A stretch of DNA of 64,000 nucleotides from positions 2,964 to 66,963 of the forward strand of contig JABHRC010000039.1 of assembly GCA_018670435.1 (NCBI GenBank), written 5' to 3'. Position numbers and translations under genes: made by a program. The notes below the pieces were generated by a model. The model made no database searches. It was not told where the DNA came from and worked only from the letters and a program-made list of their open reading frames with translations. This stretch comes from Gammaproteobacteria bacterium (GTDB taxonomy: Bacteria > Pseudomonadota > Gammaproteobacteria > GCA-002705445 > GCA-002716945). How positions within the stretch are numbered: position 1 is the stretch's first letter; every line of letters starts with the position of its first letter. This document shows positions 49,801 through 58,941 of this stretch, piece by piece.

Positions 49801-49855
49801 TTTAATCACGTTATACCTGGTACCAGCCTTATATCGTCTATTAGAAAGAAAATAA
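46829..49855 (+). CDS. AcrB/AcrD/AcrF family RND transporter
   Basis: RRPV, REYPDID, AIGLIVDDSIVVLEN, LAAQFES, GLITKNGIL and RLRPVLMT motifs. Confidence 0.94.
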   Translation: MHISETTVRRPVLAAVISMFLVLLGLVSYDKLSIREYPDIDKPVVTVSTVYRGASAEIVERDITQILEDSLSGISNIKEIKSESKDEISSIRIEFTLSRDMESAANDVREKVSRAIPRLPKDSEQPRVAKSDTDARAILWIGFTSDQLDSIALNDYLDRNIIDRLSILPGVASITVGGERKYAIRIWLDPDKMSSRQITVDDILNAIKKENIEKPAGRLDSTDREISIQVKSKLSDIGMFNDIVLKNYGNKKIRLGDVAEIIIGAESDRGFLRANNKNAIGLGIVRQTKSNVLKVASAIKNELDLIRPSLPKNIDMFVGYDQSIFVNESIYEVRFALLISILMVIGVIYYFLSSSAATFIPAITIPVSLISTFYVIYILGYSLNVLTFLALVLAIGLIVDDSIVVLENIKRRIENGEKSFNASIEGAKQITFVVIATTLVLVSVFLPLSFMGGKTGRLFIEFGVVLSFAVIFSSIVALTLTPMLCSKLLKDNTKAKKEPILISKFRNFYKESLLESQKNPKRVYLFSIAMIIISMLLFQVIQKELAPTEDRGIFIISVKGPEGSSLSYTDSIVRQVEKTLQPYVMNNEINTIFSIVAPGFSGRPGEVNSAFMFTTLTDWGTRRHQKDIVREIFPQLLTIPGARVFAINPPSLGGSRFMPPVQLVISGNNYDDISEWGNTLINESSDLKIRNSNIDYKITSPRLNLKINRDKAYELGVSAESIARTMETLLASNQVTTFSKDGLTYNVILQADKSFRVNGNSLDNIFVESSNTSLIPLSNLVTYEETSTSQSLKRINRMPSTIFSASLAPGYPLGDALKDLISVTSSSLPANAKISFSGSSKEYFESGNSLVITILFAILIVYLVLAAQFESFRKPLAIILTVPIALTAGLYTLFLTGASINVYSQIGFLMLIGLITKNGILVVEFANQLREKGMSVDEAIFESSLIRLRPVLMTTISTLLGAVPLVLSSGAGAESRYAMAVVVLGGITLSSLITLYLVPALYRLLERK

Positions 49856-49859
49856 ATTA

Positions 49860-50189
49860 TTATTTCATAGGTAATATTTTCAAGCCATCTTGTCTAGAAA
49901 AGTACTCTGACAAGTCTTCTATGTCTTGATCTGATAGGCCAGTTGCAAACCCACTCATTATAGCATTCTTTCTAGATCCAGATTTATATGCATTTAAAGA
50001 ATTAACTAGATAGTCTTTGTATTGGCCAGCTAACTTTGGATACATTGCTACTTGTGAATTCCCATCCGCACCATGACAAGCTGCACAGACTTGAGATTTA
50101 GATTTCCCAGCCTCAAAGTCAGCAAACGATTTATCTATAAAAACTAAATTTATGCTTAAGATTAATATTAATGACTGTACTATTTTCAT
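49860..50189 (-). CDS. Monoheme cytochrome c (c553/c4-like)
   Basis: Signal peptide, CAACH, PKLAGQ and a distal Met. Confidence 0.9.
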   Translation of the reverse strand: MKIVQSLILILSINLVFIDKSFADFEAGKSKSQVCAACHGADGNSQVAMYPKLAGQYKDYLVNSLNAYKSGSRKNAIMSGFATGLSDQDIEDLSEYFSRQDGLKILPMK

Positions 50190-50500
50190 TTAAGTGACTC
50201 AAAATATTTTGCAATATCATTAATATCTTGATCACTTAATGCTATGGCATTTGCATGCATTGTCTTGTGATCTCTGTCTTTGTTTTGATACGCTTTTAAT
50301 GCAGCGACTATATAATCTGAGTGTTGACCTGCTATTTTAGGAACTTTGTAAGTAGGATAAACATTATTGTAGCCTGGGATTGCATGACAACCAGTACATG
50401 TTTCTGACTTATCTTTTCCTGGATGAATTTCATCGGCAGTCACAAAGGATGCTGATAATATTAAAATTGGCACAACAAGTAATTTATTTATTGATTTCAT
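50186..50500 (-). CDS. Monoheme cytochrome c (c553/c4-like)
   Basis: Signal peptide, CTGCH, YPTYKVPKIAGQ and HKTM. Confidence 0.9.
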   Translation of the reverse strand: MKSINKLLVVPILILSASFVTADEIHPGKDKSETCTGCHAIPGYNNVYPTYKVPKIAGQHSDYIVAALKAYQNKDRDHKTMHANAIALSDQDINDIAKYFESLK

Positions 50501-50594
50501 AGTCTATTTAAGCGAGGATTATACACTATATTTATTCGAGATAAAACTTCATTTTTTTTGTATAATGAACCAATAATACGTTGTGAATTAAATT

Positions 50595-50831
50595 ATGCCT
50601 ATTTATGAATACAAATGCGACGAATGTGGTTCAATTTTTGAACATTTTCAGAAAATAACCGACAAAGACCTAGATTCATGTATATCTTGTAAAAAAGTTG
50701 GGCTCAAAAAACTGATATCTTCATCTGGTTTCAGATTAAAAGGCTCAGGCTGGTATGAAACAGATTTTAAAGGTAAAAAGACAAAAGAAGATAAAGCTAC
50801 ACCTAAGTCAAACATAGTTAATAAATCTTAA
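50595..50831 (+). CDS. FmdB family zinc-ribbon protein
   Basis: MPIYEYKCDEC...CISC and FRLKGSGWYETDF; upstream of aspS. Confidence 0.9.
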   Translation: MPIYEYKCDECGSIFEHFQKITDKDLDSCISCKKVGLKKLISSSGFRLKGSGWYETDFKGKKTKEDKATPKSNIVNKS

Positions 50832-50855
50832 AATTTTGCGGAATCCATACATATA

Positions 50856-52622
50856 ATGAAAAATTACCATTGCAATCAAATAACAGAGAATACATTAAAT
50901 CAAGAGGTTCAGTTATCTGGCTGGATCAGTAAGCGTCGTGATCATGGTGGCATTATTTTTGTCGACTTAAGAGATTATACTGGTATTGTACAGCTCGTCT
51001 TTAACCCTGATGATAAAGAGCTTTTTATAGAAGCAGAATCTATTAGGTCAGAATTTGTTATAAAAGTGAAAGGAGTTGTTAGCGATAGACTTGAAGGAAC
51101 AATTAATAAAGACTTAGTAACAGGAAAGGTTGAAATCATAGTTTCATCCTTACACATATTAAATAAGTCTGAAACCCCGCCGTTTAAAATCAATGATGAT
51201 AATGTGAATGAAGACCAAAGGCTCCAATACCGATATTTGGATATGAGAAGTGATAAAATGCAGAATACCATTCGCTTTAGATCTAAACTTGTTCAAACAA
51301 TTAGAAATTATTTTTATTCTAAAGAATTTGTTGATGTTGAGACTCCAATTTTAACAAAAACAACTCCAGAAGGAGCGAGAGACTATTTAGTCCCGAGTAG
51401 AGTACATCCTCGGGAATTCTTCGCTTTACCCCAATCACCACAGTTATTCAAACAAACATTGATGATTGGAGGAATTGATAGATATTTTCAAATTGCAAAA
51501 TGTTTTAGAGATGAAGACTTAAGATCTGACAGACAACCAGAATTTACACAGCTTGATGTTGAATTATCATTTACAGAGGAAGAGGAGGTTATTCAGATAA
51601 TTGAAGAATTATTTAATCTAATTTTCAAAGATATGATGAGTAATAAAAATGATTTAATTTTTGAGCGAATGTCTTATCATGAAGCATTAAAGAATTATGG
51701 CTGTGACAAACCAGATTTAAGAAACCCACTGATTTTAAAAGATATCAAAGAATTAGTTAAAAAAGTTGATTTTAAAGTATTTTCGGATCATGTGGATAAT
51801 ATGAATTCACGAATAGTTGCTTTAAAAGTCCCTGGCGGGACATCTTTATCCAGAAAGCATATAGATGATTTGACTGAAATTGTAAAACAGTTTGGAGCAA
51901 AGGGTCTTGCGTATTTCAAATGTGAAGATGTTTTCAATATAGAGAATGGAGTAACCTCTCCAATTAAAAAATTCCTTACTCCAGATGTAATTCAGAATAT
52001 TCTTAATGAAGTTAATGCGCAAAATGGTGATTTAGTATTTTTCTCAGCAGATTCTATAGAAGTAGTGAATAGTTCCATGTCAGCACTTATAAAAGAATTA
52101 GGTCTGAGCCTAGATCTTTTGTCTGAAGGCTGGAAATTTTTATGGGTTCTAGATTATCCACTTTTTGAAAAAGATGCTGAAGGAAATCCTACATCTATAC
52201 ATCATCCATTTACATCCCCTAAAAATTATAAAGATTTATCAGATACTGATGTTTTTAATATTCCATCAAGAGCATATGATCTAATCTTGAATGGTAATGA
52301 AATTGGCGGTGGATCAATAAGGATACATTCGAAAGATATACAAATGAAGGTATTTGAGCTGTTAAATATTAGCGAGGAAGAAATGAATAAGAAATTTGGA
52401 TTTTTCTTAAATGCATTATCTTTTGGCTGCCCACCCCATGGTGGTATAGCTTTTGGAATAGATAGACTAGTTATGTTGCTGTCAGGGTTGGATTCTATTA
52501 GAGAAACAATTGCTTTTCCTAAAACTCAATCCGCATCATGCCTAATGACAAGTGCCCCTTCGAGTGTAGATGAAAAACAATTGCGTGAACTATCTATTAA
52601 TACTATTAAACCAGTAAAATAA
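50856..52622 (+). CDS. aspS: Aspartate--tRNA ligase
   Basis: [27 protein letters not shown] and PPHGG motifs. Confidence 0.97.
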   Translation: MKNYHCNQITENTLNQEVQLSGWISKRRDHGGIIFVDLRDYTGIVQLVFNPDDKELFIEAESIRSEFVIKVKGVVSDRLEGTINKDLVTGKVEIIVSSLHILNKSETPPFKINDDNVNEDQRLQYRYLDMRSDKMQNTIRFRSKLVQTIRNYFYSKEFVDVETPILTKTTPEGARDYLVPSRVHPREFFALPQSPQLFKQTLMIGGIDRYFQIAKCFRDEDLRSDRQPEFTQLDVELSFTEEEEVIQIIEELFNLIFKDMMSNKNDLIFERMSYHEALKNYGCDKPDLRNPLILKDIKELVKKVDFKVFSDHVDNMNSRIVALKVPGGTSLSRKHIDDLTEIVKQFGAKGLAYFKCEDVFNIENGVTSPIKKFLTPDVIQNILNEVNAQNGDLVFFSADSIEVVNSSMSALIKELGLSLDLLSEGWKFLWVLDYPLFEKDAEGNPTSIHHPFTSPKNYKDLSDTDVFNIPSRAYDLILNGNEIGGGSIRIHSKDIQMKVFELLNISEEEMNKKFGFFLNALSFGCPPHGGIAFGIDRLVMLLSGLDSIRETIAFPKTQSASCLMTSAPSSVDEKQLRELSINTIKPVK

Positions 52623-52625
52623 GAC

Positions 52626-53606
52626 ATGGAATATAATAAATATCTCTTGAAAACCAAATCTTTGCTAAAGGAAAATAATGCAAAAATAATCGCCCATTAT
52701 TATGTAGATGAATTAGTACAAAGATTAGCAGAAGATACCGGTGGTTTAGTTAGTGATAGCCTTGAAATGGCAAGGTATGGAGCAAAACAAGCACAATCAA
52801 CATTGATAGTTGCAGGTGTTAAATTTATGGGTGAAACAGCTAAGATACTCAACCCAGATAAACGTATATATATGTTAGATATGGAAGCAACGTGCTCTCT
52901 CGATATTGGTTGTGACTATGAGAATTTTAAAAAATTCTGTGACGAACATCCTGAAAGAGAAGTTGTAGTATATGCAAATACCAGTGCTGAAGTTAAGTCA
53001 ATTGCCGATTGGGTAGTCACATCTAGTATGGCAGTATCTCTCGTTGAACACTTAACGTCTCTAGGCAAAAAATTAATATGGGCCCCTGATAAGTATCTTG
53101 GTAATTATATTCTCGAAAAAACTGGTGCTGATATGTTGTTATGGGACGGCTCTTGCATAGTGCATGAAGAATATAAAGTTAAAGAATTAAAGAATATGAT
53201 AAATAAATACCCAGACTGCGATGTTCTTGTGCATCCAGAATCTCCACGAAGTATAATACAGATGGCTAATGTAGTAGGATCAACAACTAAGCTTATAGAG
53301 GCATCTAAGAGTAGTAATAAAAAATATATTATAGTAGCTACAGAAAAAGGAATTTTTTATCAGATGAAAAAATATTCTCCTGAAAAAATATTTCTAGAAG
53401 CACCTACAGAAGGCGAGGGTGCTACATGCAAGAGTTGCGGAAGATGTCCATGGATGAATTTGAATACTGCTGAAAAAATCTTAAATGTATTTGATTCAAA
53501 ATCTAACGAAATATTTTTGGCTCATGATATAATCATTAAAGCTAAGACACCAATAGATAGAATGGTAAATTTCCGTTTAAATAATATTACTCACAAGGCA
53601 TCTTAA
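52626..53606 (+). CDS. nadA: Quinolinate synthase
   Basis: AHYY, DSL, GVKFMGETAK, CSL, YANTSA, CIVH, HPE and CPWM motifs. Confidence 0.95.
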   Translation: MEYNKYLLKTKSLLKENNAKIIAHYYVDELVQRLAEDTGGLVSDSLEMARYGAKQAQSTLIVAGVKFMGETAKILNPDKRIYMLDMEATCSLDIGCDYENFKKFCDEHPEREVVVYANTSAEVKSIADWVVTSSMAVSLVEHLTSLGKKLIWAPDKYLGNYILEKTGADMLLWDGSCIVHEEYKVKELKNMINKYPDCDVLVHPESPRSIIQMANVVGSTTKLIEASKSSNKKYIIVATEKGIFYQMKKYSPEKIFLEAPTEGEGATCKSCGRCPWMNLNTAEKILNVFDSKSNEIFLAHDIIIKAKTPIDRMVNFRLNNITHKAS

Positions 53607-53607
53607 T

Positions 53608-54321
53608 ATGGCGGGACACAGTAAATGGGCAAATATCCAACATAGGAAGAAAGCTCAAGATAATAAAAGAGGAAAAACTTTTACAAAGGTGATCAGAGAA
53701 ATTACTGTTGCTGCTAAAATGGGTGGAACTGATGTAGGAAGTAATTCAAGGTTGAGATTGGCATTATCTAAAGCTAATGCTGCTAATGTTCCTAAAGATA
53801 CTGTAAAGAGAGCCATTGATAAAGCTTCTGGTCAAAATAATGATAACTTTGAAGAAATTACTTATGAAGGTTATGGCCCAAAAGGGATTGCTGTGATAAT
53901 TGAATGTTTGACAGACAATAAGAATAGAACAGTTTCTGACTTAAGACATGCTTTAACAAAACATGGAGGCAGTCTTGGGACGAATGGATCCGTATCTCAT
54001 CTATTTCGTAAAGTTGGAATAATGAAGTTACTTAATATTACTGAAGATGATTTACTTGAACATATGGATGTTGTGGAGATTGAAGATTTTGAAATGATAG
54101 ATACTGACTGTATTATTTTTACAAAACCTAACGAGTTGTTTAGCAAGAAAAAATATTTTGAATCTAAAACTATTGAGGTTATAGATGAAGAGATCATCAT
54201 GGATGCTCTTACTACAATACAAATAAGCAAGGATGATGAAGAAAAAGTTTCAGACTTATCTAGTAAAATAGAGGAGTTAGATGATGTTCAAAATGTTTAT
54301 ATGAACGTAAGTCTTTCTTGA
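53608..54321 (+). CDS. yebC: YebC/PmpR family protein
   Basis: MAGHSKWANI, YEGYGP, TDNKNRT and DDVQNVY motifs. Confidence 0.95.
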   Translation: MAGHSKWANIQHRKKAQDNKRGKTFTKVIREITVAAKMGGTDVGSNSRLRLALSKANAANVPKDTVKRAIDKASGQNNDNFEEITYEGYGPKGIAVIIECLTDNKNRTVSDLRHALTKHGGSLGTNGSVSHLFRKVGIMKLLNITEDDLLEHMDVVEIEDFEMIDTDCIIFTKPNELFSKKKYFESKTIEVIDEEIIMDALTTIQISKDDEEKVSDLSSKIEELDDVQNVYMNVSLS

Positions 54322-54326
54322 TTTTT

Positions 54327-54824
54327 ATGATAACTATATTAGGAATTGACCCTGGAACAAATATTACAGGTTTTGGATTAATTAGGTTAGAAGAAAATAA
54401 ATTTAATTATATACATCATGCCATTATCAAAACCGGTTTAAAGAATAAGTATACAACTAAGCTAGCGATGATCAATGAAGCTACTAATAATATTATTGAT
54501 GAGTACAAACCATCTCATGTAGCTATTGAATCTGTATTTTTTAGCGTAAATGCTGGGACAGCTATCAAACTTGGACAAGCAAGAGGCGCTGCTGTTTGTG
54601 CTTGTAGCAGAGCAGGCTTGGAAGTATTTGAATATAGTCCTAGAACAGTCAAAATGGTTGTAACTACAAGTGGTGCATCTGATAAAGAACAACTTCAGAA
54701 AAAAGTAAAAAGTATTTTGAAAATTAGGCGAAAATTAGAAATAGATGCGTCTGATGCTTTGGGTGTAGCTATATGTCATGCAATGACATATATGGAAAAC
54801 CCTGATAATGTTAAAAGTATTTAA
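54327..54824 (+). CDS. ruvC: Holliday junction resolvase RuvC
   Basis: ILGIDPG, AIESVF, KLGQARG and DASDALGVAICH motifs (alternative start TTG 54318). Confidence 0.94.
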   Translation: MITILGIDPGTNITGFGLIRLEENKFNYIHHAIIKTGLKNKYTTKLAMINEATNNIIDEYKPSHVAIESVFFSVNAGTAIKLGQARGAAVCACSRAGLEVFEYSPRTVKMVVTTSGASDKEQLQKKVKSILKIRRKLEIDASDALGVAICHAMTYMENPDNVKSI

Positions 54825-54827
54825 ACT

Positions 54828-55469
54828 ATGAATACATTAATTATAAACGAAATCTTTTATTCCATTCAAGGGGAAAGTTTAATGTCTGGAATGCCTACTA
54901 TCTTTATTAGATTAACCGGTTGTCCATTGAGATGCGAGTATTGTGATACTGCTTATGCCTTTAACGAAGGTTCTAAAAAAAAATTTGACGAAATAATCAC
55001 CGAAATAGAAAAATATGATTGTAAAAATATTACAATAACTGGTGGAGAGCCATTATCTCAAAAAAATACTATCCTGTTAATGAATGATTTGCATCAGTTA
55101 TCCTACAATATCTCCATTGAAACCAGTAATGCTATTTCGATAAAAAACTTGAACGATAAAACGATAATAATATTAGATATTAAAACTCCAGGCTCTAAAG
55201 AAGAGAGTAAAAATATTATAGATAATTATAAATACTTAAAATCTGATGATCAAATTAAGTTTGTTATTTGTGATTTGGATGATTACATCTGGGCAAAGGA
55301 TTATATATTTAAATATAGTCTGCATAAAATATGTACCATTTTATTTTCTCCTAGTTATGGAAAAATGGATATAAAGCTTCTTGCTGAAAGTATGTTAAAA
55401 GATAATATCCCAGCTAGATTACAAACTCAGTTACACAAAGTTATATGGAGTGATGAACGTGGGAGATAA
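54828..55469 (+). CDS. queE: 7-carboxy-7-deazaguanine synthase (radical SAM)
   Basis: EIFYSIQGE, CPLRCEYCDT, TGGEP and QLHK motifs. Confidence 0.93.
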   Translation: MNTLIINEIFYSIQGESLMSGMPTIFIRLTGCPLRCEYCDTAYAFNEGSKKKFDEIITEIEKYDCKNITITGGEPLSQKNTILLMNDLHQLSYNISIETSNAISIKNLNDKTIIILDIKTPGSKEESKNIIDNYKYLKSDDQIKFVICDLDDYIWAKDYIFKYSLHKICTILFSPSYGKMDIKLLAESMLKDNIPARLQTQLHKVIWSDERGR

Positions 55470-56139
55470 TAAAAAAGCGCTGGTCCTTTTTTCTGGTGGT
55501 TTGGATTCTACGACAGTATTAGCTATTGCAAAATCAAAAGGTTATAAAATAACAGCTCTTACGATCAATTATAAGCAGAGACATGATTATGAGATTTTAG
55601 CTAGTAAGAATATTATTGCCAGTCATTCTGATATCAATCATATAATATTTGATATAGATTTAACTCGTATAGGTGGATCAGCATTAACTGATTCAAGTCT
55701 CGATGTCCCAAAGGAAGAGTCTTCCGGTATACCAATCACATATGTGCCAGCTAGAAATACAATATTCTTATCGATAGCAGCATCTTATGCTGAAAAATTA
55801 AAAATTAGAGAAATATATATAGGAGTCAATGCAATAGATTATTCTGGTTATCCTGACTGTAGACCTGAGTTTATAGCTTCTTTTCAAGAAATGATAAATC
55901 TTGGAACAAAATCTGGATCTGAGGGTTCATCATTCGAAGTAATAACTCCTTTAATCAACATGACCAAGGCGGAAATAATTAAAACGGGTTTAAAGTTAGG
56001 AGTTGATTATTCCCATACAGTTTCTTGCTATTCATTATCTGACAATGGAGAGGCATGCGGTAACTGTGATTCATGTAAATTTAGAAAAAAAGGTTTTATG
56101 GATGCAAGTGTTGATGATCCAACAATTTATCAAAAATAA
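55459..56139 (+). CDS. queC: 7-cyano-7-deazaguanine synthase
   Basis: SGGLDS, TYVPARN, YSGYPDCR and CGNCDSC motifs; start GTG 55459 after GGAG (alternatives 55450 and 55453). Confidence 0.95.
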   Translation: MGDNKKALVLFSGGLDSTTVLAIAKSKGYKITALTINYKQRHDYEILASKNIIASHSDINHIIFDIDLTRIGGSALTDSSLDVPKEESSGIPITYVPARNTIFLSIAASYAEKLKIREIYIGVNAIDYSGYPDCRPEFIASFQEMINLGTKSGSEGSSFEVITPLINMTKAEIIKTGLKLGVDYSHTVSCYSLSDNGEACGNCDSCKFRKKGFMDASVDDPTIYQK

Positions 56140-56157
56140 TTAAAAAATATAATGCTA

Positions 56158-56177
56158 ATATTACTCTTTGCTAATAT
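56158..56177. promoter_or_regulatory. Putative operator ATATTA-N8-TAATAT upstream of the YeeE/YedE gene
   Basis: ATATTActctttgcTAATAT; same ATTA-N8-TAAT geometry as the palindrome upstream of tusA. Confidence 0.45.
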
Positions 56178-56213
56178 AATTATAAAAAATCAAAATTGAA
56201 TAAATAGGTATAC

Positions 56214-57413
56214 ATGGAGATCTCAGTTATATTATTAACATATACGTCAATACTTGGCTTTATCCTTGGCTTCGTCGTATGTAAAACTAATTTTTGCACG
56301 ATGGGAGCTGTCTCAGACTGGGTAAACATTGGAGACCTATCACGTTTTAAATCATGGATGCTCGCTTCAGCTATAGCCATTATTGGAGTCACAGTCTTTG
56401 AGTTTATGTCATATATAGACTTAAATGATTCAAGAATACCTTACAGAAACTCCGTCTTTCTATGGCCTAGATACATTATAGGTGGGGTTATGTTTGGGGT
56501 TGGAATGACGTATGCAAGTGGCTGTGGTAACAAAGTTTTAATTAGGGTTGGTGGAGGCAATTTAAAATCAATAGTAGTTCTATTAGTGGCTGGTCTTATG
56601 GCCTACATAATGACTAGAACAGATTTTTATGGCGTTATTTTTCATAGCTGGATGAACCCAATTAGTCCTGATTTAGCTGTATTAGGCATAGATGATCAGT
56701 CTTTGCCTACCATCATATCATTTATAACATCTTCATCAAATACAGCGTATTACAAGCTTATAATAGGGTTATTAACTGGATTAGCTATCCTTTATTATAT
56801 TTTTAGGTCCGGAACTTTCGTAAAAAATATGGACAATGTCGTAGGTGGTTTCATTGTAGGCAGTGTTGTAGCTCTTGCATGGTATCTAACAGGATCATCT
56901 TTAGGTGAAGAATGGATCGAAACTAATAACTTTCTTGACAGCCCATTACCAGGAGTTGGGGTTCAATCATTCACATTCATAAACCCAATGGGAGAGAGCA
57001 TTATTTATTTAAGTCAATCTGCAAATATGTATTATCTGACATTTGGTGTTACTGCTTTACTCTCTGTAATCCTGGGCTCTTTCGTTTACTCCATCATGTC
57101 TAAAAATTTTAGAATAGAGTGGTTTCAGTCAAAAGAAGACCTTAAAAGACATATCATAGGAGCAGTTTTAATAGGAATAGGTGGAGTATTATCGTTGGGT
57201 TGTACAATTGGTCAGGGAGTATCAGGTGTTTCTACACTCGCACTAGGATCATTTGTAACTCTAATATCAATAGTTATTGGTGCATCTATAGCAATGAAAA
57301 TAGAATATTATAATGCAGTCTATGAAGATTGTAGTTTTTTTGATAGTCTAAGGTCTTCATTAGCAGATTTGAAGTTAATACCAAATAAGTTCAGAGCACT
57401 TGAAAAGATATAA
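56214..57413 (+). CDS. YeeE/YedE family sulfur-compound transporter
   Basis: Polytopic membrane protein; FCTMGA, GG.MFG.GM...SGC and GG...LGCTIGQG Cys motifs. Confidence 0.9.
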   Translation: MEISVILLTYTSILGFILGFVVCKTNFCTMGAVSDWVNIGDLSRFKSWMLASAIAIIGVTVFEFMSYIDLNDSRIPYRNSVFLWPRYIIGGVMFGVGMTYASGCGNKVLIRVGGGNLKSIVVLLVAGLMAYIMTRTDFYGVIFHSWMNPISPDLAVLGIDDQSLPTIISFITSSSNTAYYKLIIGLLTGLAILYYIFRSGTFVKNMDNVVGGFIVGSVVALAWYLTGSSLGEEWIETNNFLDSPLPGVGVQSFTFINPMGESIIYLSQSANMYYLTFGVTALLSVILGSFVYSIMSKNFRIEWFQSKEDLKRHIIGAVLIGIGGVLSLGCTIGQGVSGVSTLALGSFVTLISIVIGASIAMKIEYYNAVYEDCSFFDSLRSSLADLKLIPNKFRALEKI

Positions 57414-57414
57414 T

Positions 57415-57487
57415 GGGGCGTTAGCTCAGTTGGTAGAGCAGTGGCCTTTTAAGCCATTTGTCACTGGTTCGAATCCAGTACGCCCTA
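57415..57487 (+). tRNA. tRNA-Lys (anticodon UUU)
   Basis: Cloverleaf GGGGCGT-TA-GCTC AGTTGGTA GAGC-A-GTGGC CTTTTAA GCCAT-TTGTC-ACTGG TTCGAAT CCAGT-ACGCCCT-A; CCA not encoded. Confidence 0.96.
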
Positions 57488-57499
57488 TATAATCAAGTT

Positions 57500-58399
57500 A
57501 TGAAAAAATTTTTGCCTATATTTTTAGTATTATTTTCTACTTATAGTTTATCGGGCCCATTAGAACTTAAGCATAAATCAATATCACTTAATGGAATTTA
57601 TTCTTCTATACCAGAAAAATCTAAATCAATAGCTTTAATTCTCCATGGTACTCGTGGACATCAAAATTTAGAAATTATAACCATGCTGAGAGATTCTCTC
57701 TTGGAAAATGGTATTGATAGTCTCACTATCAATTTGAGTTATGGAATAAATAATCGAACTAATGACTTTCTATCGTGTGATATAGAACATAAACATAAGC
57801 AGTCAAATTCTCAAGATGAGATCAAGCTTTGGTATGAATATATAAAAAAAATAGGTTATGAGAAAATATATCTTATTGGTCATTCTAGGGGCGGTTTAGA
57901 TATAATTAATTTTCATGAAAGCTTGGATTCTAAAAATCAAAATTCAATTAATTCAATATTTCTATTAGCTCCTATTTCCGAGACATGGGAATCATTGTTG
58001 GATAGGTATAAAAAAAAATATAATATTGATATCTGGGATTTAGTTAAATCGAAAACTGAGAAATTGAAAATTAGTTTTCTAGGTTGTGAAGATGCAACTG
58101 TTTATCGTGATACGTTCTTAGATTATTATTTAGTAGGTGGTGACGCCTATTTTTTTGCTAGTGATGCTACAAGATTCGCTGATCATGGATTAAATTTACA
58201 TCTTGCTAATACTTCGGGTAAAGTACATGTGATAACTGCTTCCGAGGATACTATCACGCCTAATACTCATAAAATAGTTAAAGATATTGCAGCTAGAAAA
58301 ACAAATATAGAGCTATATCAAGTTGAGGGATCAGACCATTTTTTCAGAGATTTCTACTTTGATGATTTGATGGAAATAGTAATGGATGGTACTAACTAA
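57500..58399 (+). CDS. Secreted alpha/beta-fold hydrolase
   Basis: Signal peptide MKKFLPIFLVLF; LHGT, GHSRGG nucleophile elbow, D, and SDHFF. Start ATG 57500, because the ORF-track start overlaps the tRNA. Confidence 0.8.
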   Translation: MKKFLPIFLVLFSTYSLSGPLELKHKSISLNGIYSSIPEKSKSIALILHGTRGHQNLEIITMLRDSLLENGIDSLTINLSYGINNRTNDFLSCDIEHKHKQSNSQDEIKLWYEYIKKIGYEKIYLIGHSRGGLDIINFHESLDSKNQNSINSIFLLAPISETWESLLDRYKKKYNIDIWDLVKSKTEKLKISFLGCEDATVYRDTFLDYYLVGGDAYFFASDATRFADHGLNLHLANTSGKVHVITASEDTITPNTHKIVKDIAARKTNIELYQVEGSDHFFRDFYFDDLMEIVMDGTN

Positions 58400-58406
58400 A
58401 TAGTTT

Positions 58407-58928
58407 TTACTCTATCGTAAAAGGCTGTTCTTCGGGTGACCTTGTAGTAGAGTCAATATTTATGCTGCTATTTATAGTGGTACCAGTCTTTGGCCCAACT
58501 GTCACTTCTGAAGAAGAATTGTCAAATACTTTTCGGTTTACTTTAATTGTTGCAAATCTATCTTCTTTGTCGAAATTCATCAAGACGAAGCCGCTTCTAA
58601 CAATAGCAATTTCTGACCAACCATCATCTCGCATGCTGACTCTATAAAACTCAACAACTTCATCCGCGGAAACTTCATGGAGTAGGTATAATACACCAGT
58701 GAAACGCTCACCTTCGCCAAAAATGATTGTTTTGTCAGTAATATATTTTGAGTTTTCAGGGATAGGAATAGATATCTGTAACCTTTTGCTTACGCTAATT
58801 TCTTTGATTTCTGATGCTTCTTCATCACCTTGTCCCGGTATAATGCTGTTCATTGCAGCACAAGAAGCAAATAATAAAGGCGCAAATATAGTTATGAATA
58901 GTTTTGATACAGTTGATTTATTTACCAT
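58407..58928 (-). CDS. Hypothetical lipoprotein downstream of soxA
   Basis: Lipobox FASC; 13 bp after the soxA stop on the same strand. Confidence 0.65.
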   Translation of the reverse strand: MVNKSTVSKLFITIFAPLLFASCAAMNSIIPGQGDEEASEIKEISVSKRLQISIPIPENSKYITDKTIIFGEGERFTGVLYLLHEVSADEVVEFYRVSMRDDGWSEIAIVRSGFVLMNFDKEDRFATIKVNRKVFDNSSSEVTVGPKTGTTINSSINIDSTTRSPEEQPFTIE

Positions 58929-58941
58929 ATTTTAATTATAC

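Noticed and set aside
49860..50500. Tandem monoheme cytochromes as a frameshifted diheme c4
   Set aside because: Each has its own signal peptide and a normal 4-nt ATGA overlap; such pairs are widespread.
50595..50831. FmdB-family gene as part of the C1 pathway
   Set aside because: The name is coincidental; this zinc-ribbon gene is routinely found upstream of aspS.
57458..57499. ORF-track start of the hydrolase inside the tRNA
   Set aside because: It overlaps tRNA-Lys; the signal peptide begins at ATG 57500.
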